Source of the DNA: Promethearchaeota archaeon
GTDB taxonomy: Archaea > Asgardarchaeota > Lokiarchaeia > Sigyniarchaeales > SOKP01
Length of the DNA: 64,000 nt
Direction: 5' to 3'
Assembly: GCA_016839555.1 (NCBI GenBank)
Contig: JAEOUA010000006.1
Location: forward strand, 512,001-576,000
The notes under the pieces were generated by a model. It did no database searches and was not told where the DNA came from. It worked only from the letters and a program-made list of their open reading frames with translations. Positions 18,113-27,878 of this stretch are shown one piece after another; position 1 is the first letter of the stretch, and every line of letters starts with the position of its first letter. The translations under genes were made by a program, and so were the position numbers.

Positions 18113-21100
18113 TTATGTTTCAGAGGGTATATCCTCTTTTTCAAGCAATTTTTTAGCTTCCTCTTGTAAATCTATGCTAAAAATATCTGTTATTCCACTC
18201 TGTGGCATGGATACACCATAAATTCTGTCCGCATTCACAATATTCTCTTCTCTATGGCTTATTATTAAAAATTGTGCTTGAGAGGCAAACTCCTTTATTA
18301 ACATAGATACACGGTGTACATTTGGACCATCTAAGGCCGCATCAATCTCGTCCATTATGTAAAATGGTGCTGGGAGGAATTCCTGTACAGCAAATATAAA
18401 TGAAAGTGCCACCAACGTTTTTTCTCCTCCACTTAATATTTCTAAACTTGAAATCTTCTTTCCTCTGGGACGAGCTTCAATGCTAACACCCCCCTCAAAT
18501 GGTGAGTCTGGGCGATCTAAAATCATTTTTGCTGATCCTCCTGGAGAAAGCTTTTGAAAAATGCCGGAAAATTCTCTATTTATTTCATGATAAGATTTCA
18601 TAAAAGTTTGGGTTTTTTCTAATTCAATTTTATCGATAGCATCTAAAATTGATTTTCTTTCTCTCTGAATTGTTTGTCTTCTCATATCAATTTCATCAAA
18701 TCTTTCTTTAACTGTATCATATTCTTTAATCGCCTTTAGGTTTACCGGTTCTAATGCTTTTTTACGATTTATTGCTTCTTTAATATCTTCTTCTAGTTTT
18801 TTTTCCGTAATTTCGCTAGTTATTCGAGGAAGCGCCCCAAAATCCTTTGATCGTTGATATAAAGTTTCAATTTGATCATTAATAATAATTTTTTTCGACT
18901 CCAAGTTATTTATCTTTGAATTTTCCATTGACAGATCAGATTTTAAATCCGTATAGACTTTTTGATAGGATTTTTGTTTTTCCCAAGACTCATCTTTATT
19001 GTGTATTAATTCATCAATTTCTACTTCCTTTTCTTCCTTTTTAGATTTTACTTGTTCAATACCTTTTAAATTTTCATTAATTTCTTTATTTAAATCTTGA
19101 ATTTGAGTTTGGGTTTGTTCAATCTCTTTAGTAAGAGAAATTATTTTTTCTTCTCTTTCTTGATTTTTTTTAAGGTTGTTTATCTCATTTTGGATATTTT
19201 GAAGGTCAATATTAAACTTATTTAAGCTCTCTTGAGCATTTTTTTGGGTTTCAATTTCCTTTTTCTTGTCTTTCCTTATCTCATCAATTTCTTTTTGCTT
19301 TCTATTTACATCTTCTTCAAGAGTTTGTACTTTTTGTCTTAAATTCTTAATAATATTTTCGCTTTCCGCAATCTTTTCCTCAGAATTAAGATTTTCTTTT
19401 TCTAATTCTTCTACTGAATTAATTATTCTCTGAATATTTTGTAAAGATCTCAATTTATCCAAAATTTTTTCTAAGTCCTTGTTTTTTTCATCAATTTGAG
19501 TTTGCAATATATCATTTATTTCCCAGAACTTCTCTTTTTCAGTATTTAAATCTTCTATTTTTTGTTCTATTTCTTCTTTTTGAGTCTTAAGAGTATTTAT
19601 TTTCTCCTCTGTATCATTTATAAGCCCTTTTTTATTTTCAATTGAATCCTTAAAATTTTGTATACTTTGATCTAGTTCTTCAATATTTTCAAATAAATTT
19701 TGGATACCTTTTAAATCCTGCAATTTGATTTGAATGTTTTGTAATATATTTTGTTTATCTTCTATTTTCTTCTGAATCTCTGAAATATTATTCCAATTTT
19801 GGTCTTTTAACTCTTTTAATTCTGCAATTGCTTGGTTTTTTTCTTCTTTCTCCTTTTGTTTTTGATTAATTAATTCATTTCTGTTATTTATCTCAATCTG
19901 ATATTTCTTAATTTTTTCTTTTAACTCATTAATTTTATTCTCAATGTCTTCTAAATTATTCTTTTTTACCGTGAGATCTGTAGAGTGGTGATCCATTTTA
20001 ATATTTAATTCAGATATTTGTTTCTCAACATCATTTATTTCATTCTCCTGAGTTTTTACATTTTCATTAATCTCATCTAATTGTCCATAGAGATCTTGAC
20101 TTTTTGACATAGTTAATTTTCTTAAGGAGATATGAATATTTTCTAGTATTTCCATTAGGTCTTGTACGAAATTATCAAAATTTGAAGTAGAATCTTGAAT
20201 AGCAATGTCAACAGAATCTTTAACCCTATAAATCAATTGTTCTATTGTTTGATCAGCATTTTCAGTAAATAGAGATAATGTTTTTAGTATGGAATCTAAT
20301 TTTTCTCTCATCTCTCTTATTTCATCACCTTCTTCACTCACTTCTTCAATTGATTTCATCATCTCGATAACGTCTAACAAAAAATTTTCAAAATTTTCTG
20401 CAGACATTTCAATTGCTTCTGAATTTGATTGTTGAATATTACTTTTTATTGATTCAACAGAAATATTTATGTTTTGAGTTAGCATGTTTAAAATTTGGAG
20501 TATACCTTTTATATCTTCTTTGTCTCTATCATATTCTTGCTCAGCTCTCTCTATTCGAGCCTTTGTTCTTTCTTTTTCAGAATTTAAGCTCTCAAGGCGG
20601 TTAAGAACATTATCTTTTCTATTATTAAAATTTAGTGTTTTTTCTTCAATAGTTCGAATATTTTTTTCTAAATCTTCTATACTTAATGCTAAATGGTTTT
20701 TATTTCGATTTAAATCAGTTAATTCTTTAGAAAAGAGATTTATTTTAGTATTTATGTTACTAATTTTTGCCTCGTTATCTTTAATTTCAGACAAAATTGT
20801 ATTTTGCTGCATTTTAAGAAGCTCTAAATTTTTTTCATTTTCTTTATACTTAAAATTCGCATCATTCACATTTTTTCTAAGTTCTTCGATCTTATTGTTG
20901 ATTTCATTCCTCTCTTCAATTAAGTTTTTAATAGTGGTTTCAACTTTTTTTCCTTCGACTAAATCTTTAATTTTTTGTTCAATTTGTTCTCTTTTTATTT
21001 TATTTTTTTCGATATTTTCCTTATATAATTTAATTTCTGTATTAATTGAAGATAAAGTGGATTGTAGTTCGGCGATTGTTGCATTTAGTTGATTTTTTCT

Positions 21101-22558
21101 TTCTTGTTGTGAATTTATATTATTTTCAAGTGTTTTTCTTTTAGAATTCTCCTCAGATAATGAAGTTTTAATTTCTTCGATTTCTTTTCTGATTTTATTT
21201 TCTATTTCTTTAGTTTTGTTAATGGCATCCTCGATACTCTCTGATTCTCCTTTTAACTTATTTAATTCTTCTTCTAGTTTTCGCTTTTTATTTTGATTAT
21301 TTTCTATATTTTCTCTCAAAACATTGATACTTGCTTCTTGGGAAGATATCTCTTGTTTTAGATTAGATATTTCATTTAAAATGTTTGCTTTTTTCTCTTC
21401 TTCAAAATTAATTTTTTCATCTAATTGTGCTTGATTCTTTTGTGTATTTTCAATTTCTTTTTTCAATTCTTCTATTTTTAGTTCAATAGACTCACTTTTT
21501 TTCTTTGCCTCTTCAATAAGAGTTTCATATGTTTGATTTTGTTCTAATTTCATCTGAAGAGCTTCTGCTTTTTCTTTTTCCTTTTCTAATTTATTCACAG
21601 TTTTATTAGCAAGATCAAGTTTAGTTTCATTAGCAGATAATTCCGTCTTAATTTGAGTAATTTTATTGTTTATTTCATCTCTTTCTTTTTCTTTTTCATT
21701 AACTAAACCCTGAATCTTCTCCATTATTATAGATTCTTGATCCAAGAGCGCTTTTTGATGTTTAATTTTTTCTTCTAATTCTTCAATGATTTTTTTAGAA
21801 TCCTCAATATTTTTTCCTAAATCATCTTCTTCTTCTCTTAATTTTGATATTTTTAATGCAATTAATTTTGCATTCAAATCTGAAATCGTTTTCTCTAAAT
21901 CTTTCCAAGCTAATGCATCATTTTTTTCTTTTTCAACTTTTTTTAATTGAGAAGAGACTTCTTTAAAAATTGCTTGAAATTGTCCTAATTCTCTTTCAGC
22001 TTTTTCTAACTCCTTCAATGTCTCATCTTTCATATCATCATATTTCTGCAGACCAATTAATTCTTCAATAAACTGTCTTCTTTCTTCAGTATTCATATGG
22101 GTTAATTCCACAATTTTCCCTTGTAAAACAAATTGATTTGAGCCATCGGGATCAATATTTGCTGACGCTAAAACATCAAGAATTTGTTGTCTGGTAGCCA
22201 TTTTCCCATTCATTTTATATTTATTCCCCTTATCTCTTCTTACCACTCTAGTTATTTGAAATTCATCAGTCCCTCCTGGAAAAATCCCTTCACTATTGTC
22301 AAAATAAAGGGTTACAGAAGCTTTATTTACAGGTTTATAACCTTTTGACCCAGCGAAAATTAAATCTGCGAGTTTTTCTGCCCTCATAGTTTTTTTTGAA
22401 AGCCTCCCTAAAGCAAAACATAAAGCATCTATAATATTGCTTTTCCCAGCACCATTAGGTCCAACAATACAAGTAAATCCCGGTGAAAGTTTTATCGTAA
22501 CTGTTCTATCTCCGAAAGATTTAAAGCCGGTCATACTTATCCGCTTGATATATGTCAA
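18113..22558 (-). CDS. smc: Chromosome segregation protein SMC (long, no recognisable hinge)
   Basis: GFKSF, Walker A GPNGAGKSN, Q-loop VLQG, PVNLKAI, signature LSGGEK, Walker B MDEIDAALD; TTG start with upstream GGAG. Confidence 0.93.
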   Translation of the reverse strand: MTYIKRISMTGFKSFGDRTVTIKLSPGFTCIVGPNGAGKSNIIDALCFALGRLSKKTMRAEKLADLIFAGSKGYKPVNKASVTLYFDNSEGIFPGGTDEFQITRVVRRDKGNKYKMNGKMATRQQILDVLASANIDPDGSNQFVLQGKIVELTHMNTEERRQFIEELIGLQKYDDMKDETLKELEKAERELGQFQAIFKEVSSQLKKVEKEKNDALAWKDLEKTISDLNAKLIALKISKLREEEDDLGKNIEDSKKIIEELEEKIKHQKALLDQESIIMEKIQGLVNEKEKERDEINNKITQIKTELSANETKLDLANKTVNKLEKEKEKAEALQMKLEQNQTYETLIEEAKKKSESIELKIEELKKEIENTQKNQAQLDEKINFEEEKKANILNEISNLKQEISSQEASINVLRENIENNQNKKRKLEEELNKLKGESESIEDAINKTKEIENKIRKEIEEIKTSLSEENSKRKTLENNINSQQERKNQLNATIAELQSTLSSINTEIKLYKENIEKNKIKREQIEQKIKDLVEGKKVETTIKNLIEERNEINNKIEELRKNVNDANFKYKENEKNLELLKMQQNTILSEIKDNEAKISNINTKINLFSKELTDLNRNKNHLALSIEDLEKNIRTIEEKTLNFNNRKDNVLNRLESLNSEKERTKARIERAEQEYDRDKEDIKGILQILNMLTQNINISVESIKSNIQQSNSEAIEMSAENFENFLLDVIEMMKSIEEVSEEGDEIREMREKLDSILKTLSLFTENADQTIEQLIYRVKDSVDIAIQDSTSNFDNFVQDLMEILENIHISLRKLTMSKSQDLYGQLDEINENVKTQENEINDVEKQISELNIKMDHHSTDLTVKKNNLEDIENKINELKEKIKKYQIEINNRNELINQKQKEKEEKNQAIAELKELKDQNWNNISEIQKKIEDKQNILQNIQIKLQDLKGIQNLFENIEELDQSIQNFKDSIENKKGLINDTEEKINTLKTQKEEIEQKIEDLNTEKEKFWEINDILQTQIDEKNKDLEKILDKLRSLQNIQRIINSVEELEKENLNSEEKIAESENIIKNLRQKVQTLEEDVNRKQKEIDEIRKDKKKEIETQKNAQESLNKFNIDLQNIQNEINNLKKNQEREEKIISLTKEIEQTQTQIQDLNKEINENLKGIEQVKSKKEEKEVEIDELIHNKDESWEKQKSYQKVYTDLKSDLSMENSKINNLESKKIIINDQIETLYQRSKDFGALPRITSEITEKKLEEDIKEAINRKKALEPVNLKAIKEYDTVKERFDEIDMRRQTIQRERKSILDAIDKIELEKTQTFMKSYHEINREFSGIFQKLSPGGSAKMILDRPDSPFEGGVSIEARPRGKKISSLEILSGGEKTLVALSFIFAVQEFLPAPFYIMDEIDAALDGPNVHRVSMLIKEFASQAQFLIISHREENIVNADRIYGVSMPQSGITDIFSIDLQEEAKKLLEKEDIPSET

Positions 22559-22733
22559 ATTAATCTCCTTGGTAAAATAATTTATTACACTTTATAAATA
22601 AAAAAAACTATAAATTTTTTTATATTATTAAATCGGATTTAACAATTTTTAACTATCCATTATAAAAAATAAAATGGCTATTAAAAAAATTAATTATAAT
22701 CCTCTGAGAGTTTTCTGCTTAATACTCTTCAAA

Positions 22734-23933
22734 TCAATTAAATTTACCAAAAGCAGCATCCAAAACTATTTTTAATTTTTTAGGATCTATCGCCATAAAA
22801 TACAAATTATTAAGAAATTCAGTTTCTAATATAATATTTTGAGTTTTTAAATCATGTTTTTTAGAGGGACAAATGATTCCCAGCCCTATAAGTTTAGAAA
22901 TTAATTGGACAAATTCCTCCAATTTTTTATCATATTCTAATGATTCACAAGAAATAAAATAAATTTCTCGTAACTCCTTTAAAGAGATATAATAATTATA
23001 ATTTTTATTTATGAAATAATTTGAGAGATTATCTAAAAAGAGTTTGGTTAAAATATCCTCCTCCTCCACATAATTAAGTAGATTAAATTCATCAACATTT
23101 TTAATTGAATCAAAATGATTCTCACAAATTTCTAACATCATATTATATTGAATAGAATCTTTTTTTTGAAGAAGGGGGTAAAGATCTCTCAAAATATTTA
23201 TTCCAGGTCCAGGTATAGGCACATAATTATCTAAAATTAAATCTGTCATAAAATAAATTAGATCATTGTCAATTTGATGAGTGAAAGTTAAATGAACACG
23301 CTGTTGAAATATAGCTAAAAGCTGTTTATAGGTAAAATAATTTAATTTTCGTTTAATATCATAATTTGAAATTAGATCTAAAGCGGAAGATCGTAAAACT
23401 TTATTAAAAGTTGAGATAATGCTTATATTTGATTCTTTCCCGAAAGTAAGAAATTTTTTTTGAGTTAATGGTTCTAAATATTCTGAATTATTAAAAATTA
23501 AGAGGATATTTTTATCAATTTTTTTGCATATTAACTTAAAAACACTCCATAATCGTGAAATTTCTGAATGAATAAGACTATCAATACTTAAATTAGTTTC
23601 TAAGTCAATAATTAAAGTTGTGATCAAAGAAAAAATAAGCTCTTCAGGGGTTTTATCTTTACAATCAATATTTATTTTAAAAAAATCATTTACATGATTC
23701 TCCTTTTGAATAAGATCTTCTAATACTTTATTAACGATTGTTTTTTTGCCAATTCCCTCTATTCCTTGATACAATATATTAATACTATATTGATCTGAAA
23801 ATGAATCATTTAGAATTGAAAAAAGAGAATTTTGTTCTTTTTTACGAAATAATATTTTTGGAGGAACATAGAGAGGATTAAATAGAGCTGCGGGTCCAAC
23901 ATAATCTTGATTATATTTCTTTTTAAGAATCAT
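22734..23933 (-). CDS. Cdc6/Orc1-like protein with degenerate ATPase motifs
   Basis: FNPLYVPPKILFRKKEQ N-terminus typical of Cdc6; Walker A GIEGIGKK; Walker B position LLIFNNSE; YTYKQLLAIFQQRV; C-terminal wHTH-like region. Confidence 0.75.
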   Translation of the reverse strand: MILKKKYNQDYVGPAALFNPLYVPPKILFRKKEQNSLFSILNDSFSDQYSINILYQGIEGIGKKTIVNKVLEDLIQKENHVNDFFKINIDCKDKTPEELIFSLITTLIIDLETNLSIDSLIHSEISRLWSVFKLICKKIDKNILLIFNNSEYLEPLTQKKFLTFGKESNISIISTFNKVLRSSALDLISNYDIKRKLNYFTYKQLLAIFQQRVHLTFTHQIDNDLIYFMTDLILDNYVPIPGPGINILRDLYPLLQKKDSIQYNMMLEICENHFDSIKNVDEFNLLNYVEEEDILTKLFLDNLSNYFINKNYNYYISLKELREIYFISCESLEYDKKLEEFVQLISKLIGLGIICPSKKHDLKTQNIILETEFLNNLYFMAIDPKKLKIVLDAAFGKFN

Positions 23934-24069
23934 ATTTTATAATTTTTTATTTTTAATATCATCTCCAAAAAAAAGTATTTAAATCACACGGAGAGAGGGG
24001 GGTGATTGGAAGTAAAAATATCTTTTGTCATGAAATTCTTATGAGTTAAATAATGAAAAATAATGGTTT

Positions 24070-24894
24070 TTAGCAGACTTTTGAAATTTTAATATTTTCT
24101 TTGTCTATTTTTTCTTTTAATCGAAATTTTCTGAGTTTTCTAGGAAAAAATAAATCTATATTATCATAAACATAACCACTATGTGGTGGGCCTTCTTTAA
24201 TAATTAGTTTAGATGGTGTAATTGCCCCATTCTCAAATGATATTATTTTACTTTGACCAAGAAATTTTCTAATATTTTGGATCTTAATAGTTCCAACAGT
24301 ATTACATGCCATAACAGGTATTCTATTTTCAAGAGCTCTCGCTTGAAGATAAATATTCCAATTATATAGCCCCTCTTCTCTTATTTGTGTAGGAGAGATT
24401 AGAATGTCGGCACCATTTTCAGCCGCAAGTCGGGGGGTTTCATAAAATGCCATATCAAAGCATATCAGAATTGCGAAAGAAAAATTTTTAAATTTAAATA
24501 TTTTTAATTCTTTTCCTGGCTGAAAATATTTTAATTCATAAGTATAAAGATGAATTTTATCTTGTCTTCCAATTTCTTCCCCTTTAGAATCAAAAATATA
24601 ACATGTTATATATTTTTTTTCGCCTTCTTTCTCATTTCTCTTTTCCCATATCGCTCCTGATAAAAGATTAATTCTATATTTTTTGGCTAATTTTTTTATT
24701 AGTAAATAATCAGGTCCTCTTTCCAATTGAAAATTATTTACGAAATTCATATCTAAAGGAACCCATCTTTCTGGTAAACAAATTATATCTGGTTTTTGAT
24801 CCTCTTCTAATAATTCTTGAATTAGATCCTCAACATGAAGATAGCATTCCTCTCTGGTAGGCAAAATTTTTGGTTGAACGCATGCAACATTCAT
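24070..24894 (-). CDS. Carbon-nitrogen hydrolase (nitrilase superfamily)
   Basis: Catalytic triad contexts LPE, DKIHL, ICFD; ARALEN. Confidence 0.9.
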   Translation of the reverse strand: MNVACVQPKILPTREECYLHVEDLIQELLEEDQKPDIICLPERWVPLDMNFVNNFQLERGPDYLLIKKLAKKYRINLLSGAIWEKRNEKEGEKKYITCYIFDSKGEEIGRQDKIHLYTYELKYFQPGKELKIFKFKNFSFAILICFDMAFYETPRLAAENGADILISPTQIREEGLYNWNIYLQARALENRIPVMACNTVGTIKIQNIRKFLGQSKIISFENGAITPSKLIIKEGPPHSGYVYDNIDLFFPRKLRKFRLKEKIDKENIKISKVC

Positions 24895-24906
24895 ATTTTT
24901 ATCGCA

Positions 24907-25641
24907 CTATTTCTTATTTAATTCCTCAATTATTGAAAATATTTCATTTAGATTTTTTATTTCAAAATCAGGTTTAAGATCTATAGGTTTTTCTATTTCT
25001 GGTTTTAAATAATCGTATTTGCCTCCTCTATGAATATAAACGGTATTGATCCTATTTTTTCGAGCGGGAACGATATCTTTTTCTAATCTATCACCGATGT
25101 ATAATGTTTCTTGTCCTTTTACTCCAAACTTTCTTAAACAAAATTCAAATAATTTTGGATTAGGTTTTCGAATGCCGAATTGATCAGAAATAACAACCAA
25201 ATCAATTAAATCATCTATATTTAGTCTTAAAATCTTTTCATATTGTTTTTTTGGGAGTCCATCAGAAATTATGGCCGTTTTAATATCGTATTCCTTTAAT
25301 TTCATCAAACAAGGTTTTACATCATCATATAACTTAATTGAATCAATTTTTTCTTTATGATATGCCATAACTGCAGCAGCTACATATTTATCACTTAGAT
25401 TATAAGATATATTAAATCCTTCTTCTACTTCATTTAATCTGCGAATAAAAAGGTCATAGTGAAATGGAAAATTAGAACCATATTCCAAGCAAATTTCCAT
25501 TAAAATTTGTATTGCTTTCTCTCTATCTATTTCTAAACCAAGATTTCTCATAGCATCAATTCCCTTAATCCTCGCTCTCTTAGATAATCCTGTGGAATCG
25601 AAGAGACAATCATCCAAATCAAAACCAACTAGCTTTATCAT
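24907..25641 (-). CDS. HAD-superfamily hydrolase
   Basis: FDLDDCL, ISDG, KPNPKLF, IGDRLEKDI. Confidence 0.9.
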   Translation of the reverse strand: MIKLVGFDLDDCLFDSTGLSKRARIKGIDAMRNLGLEIDREKAIQILMEICLEYGSNFPFHYDLFIRRLNEVEEGFNISYNLSDKYVAAAVMAYHKEKIDSIKLYDDVKPCLMKLKEYDIKTAIISDGLPKKQYEKILRLNIDDLIDLVVISDQFGIRKPNPKLFEFCLRKFGVKGQETLYIGDRLEKDIVPARKNRINTVYIHRGGKYDYLKPEIEKPIDLKPDFEIKNLNEIFSIIEELNKK

Positions 25642-25818
25642 TTTAATATGAATTTCTTAATATAAATTCTTAATTTTTAAAATTAAGAAAATAGACTTAT
25701 ATAAGATAAATTTAATTATTTACGTTTATATATAATCTTTAAGGTTTAATAATCTTTAAAATATATAATCTTAAGATTAAAAAATATAGAGAGAAAGATT
25801 ATAAAAATTAAATAAAAA

Positions 25819-27141
25819 TTGGCGATATTTATTAAAAACATCTGTGCCCTTTCCTATTTTCATAGAAAGATTGGTCCATTAGTATTTTATTCTTATCCCG
25901 AAAATATGTTAGATGATGAATTATCCTGTAGAATTGCCAATATAATGGATCAACAATTTATAGAAGGATTTTTTACTCATTCTTTTAAGGAGACAATAAC
26001 TATGAATTATTATTTTGAAATTCAATCTGATTGGGCACGGGGAAACAGAGATATGTTAATGGTGTCTATTATTTTTAACCAGCAACCTAAGACAGATACA
26101 GAAGAAAAAGTTAAAAGCCTCTGCGTAAATTTTTCCCAAAGATTAAAATCAAATGAAGAGATTTACACAGCATTTCATATTAGCGATATTAATAATTTTG
26201 AAGAGGATGAACAGGAATTAATTATTAAGAACAACGAATTGGTAAAATTATGGGTTAAGGAATTATATTGGGCAACTGTGGAAGTCACGAGGGAAAAGAC
26301 AGAGGAAGAGAGATTAGCAAGTATTTTAAGTAAACGTCATATATTTTTAATTATAAAAAAGCTTACAAAAGGTCCTTTACCCTTAGAATGGTTAAAAGAT
26401 TGGTTTCAAGAACATTTTCCAGATGAAGATTTTGACAAAATGATCGATACTTTGGTAGAAAGACAGCTCATTTTCATAAATCAAATAGGAATTGTGGAAA
26501 AATATGTATTATTATTGAAGGAAGTTAATGCAGAACGTATTCCTCCTGATAATATTATTGAATATATAGATGAAATTCCAGAATTAATCGGCTTAATTCT
26601 TCCTAAAGTTCAAAAATATTTTAGTAATTATGAACAAAAAAGTGAAGATGATTTAAAAGAAGATGCTTTTCTGCTTTTTCAAATTATTTCTGATCCAAAA
26701 ATGTATAATGTTCTCTCTGAATTGAGAAATAGCCTTATTCCCAGAGATAAATTACCTAAATTGATTTCTAAAAGAGATCTCACTGCATTAAGCAGAGTAT
26801 TAGATCATTTGAAAAATAATGATATAATTGAAGAATTAAAATTTAAAGATGAAAGATATATTATCTTAAAAACTAATTTGCAAATAACTACTGCCTTTCC
26901 AGAATATTTAAGAAAACTATTGCCCAAAGAAACTATTCCCGTAATTGCAAATCCTTTTAGCACAAAAATAGAAGAAAAAGAAAGACAAAAGGAAATTGCT
27001 GAAATACTAAAAGATGCGAGAAAAGAAAAAAAAAATACGAAAGAAGAAAGGATTACCCACTTTCTAGAAAATTTGGCATCTAAATCAAAAGACGCTAAAG
27101 AATATACAAATTCGGGACAAAGTAAAAAAGAACATAAATAA
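25819..27141 (+). CDS. Longin/uDENN-like domain protein with probable C-terminal winged-helix segments
   Basis: N-terminal LSYFHRKIGPLVFYSYP ... GFFTHSF pattern, like uDENN/longin (NPRL/folliculin-type) first strands. Confidence 0.6.
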   Translation: MAIFIKNICALSYFHRKIGPLVFYSYPENMLDDELSCRIANIMDQQFIEGFFTHSFKETITMNYYFEIQSDWARGNRDMLMVSIIFNQQPKTDTEEKVKSLCVNFSQRLKSNEEIYTAFHISDINNFEEDEQELIIKNNELVKLWVKELYWATVEVTREKTEEERLASILSKRHIFLIIKKLTKGPLPLEWLKDWFQEHFPDEDFDKMIDTLVERQLIFINQIGIVEKYVLLLKEVNAERIPPDNIIEYIDEIPELIGLILPKVQKYFSNYEQKSEDDLKEDAFLLFQIISDPKMYNVLSELRNSLIPRDKLPKLISKRDLTALSRVLDHLKNNDIIEELKFKDERYIILKTNLQITTAFPEYLRKLLPKETIPVIANPFSTKIEEKERQKEIAEILKDARKEKKNTKEERITHFLENLASKSKDAKEYTNSGQSKKEHK

Positions 27142-27180
27142 TAGACTAACATAAAGAAAATGTTATTCTATTGCTCATTG

Positions 27181-27310
27181 AGATGTCAGAAAAAGGATTA
27201 GAAAAAGACAATAATCATTTTAAAAATAAATGACATCAGTTTGGGGCAACACATTCATTGTTATGAGCAATAACTCTTTTATATTGTCACAAGCTCATCA
27301 TCTGTCATCT
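27181..27310 (-). ncRNA. Box C/D 2'-O-methylation guide sRNA
   Basis: Minus strand: C box ATGATGA (27301-27295), CTGA (27239-27236), C'-like ATGATTA (27218-27212), CTGA (27189-27186); ATGACA/TGTCAT stem flanks the first C/D pair; guides complementary to conserved rRNA sequences. Confidence 0.75.
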
Positions 27311-27398
27311 GTCAAAATCAATTAATATTTATTAACTTTTTGTTAAAATTTAAAAAAGAGTGTTTATTTTTCTCCTTTCTGTTGGTTATTAAAATATT

Positions 27399-27878
27399 CT
27401 ATGGATTTTTCTCTATTTTTGAGCCTTTTCTTTTAAAATAATATTTTCTGAGATAATGTCCTGGTCTCTTGAAGCCCCCATATTCTTCAATTAGGTCTTT
27501 TAAGCCATTTCTTTTTGATATTTTTTTCTTAAACTTTTCGTATTCTTCTTTGGAAAGTTCTTCTTCGTTCAATAAAAAATTTAAAATTTCTATAGCTTGT
27601 TCCTTATGAGAACATCTTCTTATAAAGTCAATGACTGTAGGATTTGTTAATTCTTTTATATTAGAATTCATCTCATTTTCATTAGTTTCTTCACCTATAG
27701 ATTCTACATCATAATCAATAGAATCTATTTTTAACATCTTCTTTTCTTCTTGCATTTCGTTCATTAGATGGGGTAAATATTTACTTAATTCGTTTTTATC
27801 ATAATCCACATTTAAACCATTTTCCCTATTAATTTTTGGTTTTTTAAAGTTATTTTTATTATTTTCTTTTTTATTCAT
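27399..27878 (-). CDS. DUF2095-like archaeal protein
   Basis: YLPHLMNE ... NPTVIDFIRRC....AIEILNFL ... KRPGHY pattern. Confidence 0.7.
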   Translation of the reverse strand: MNKKENNKNNFKKPKINRENGLNVDYDKNELSKYLPHLMNEMQEEKKMLKIDSIDYDVESIGEETNENEMNSNIKELTNPTVIDFIRRCSHKEQAIEILNFLLNEEELSKEEYEKFKKKISKRNGLKDLIEEYGGFKRPGHYLRKYYFKRKGSKIEKNP

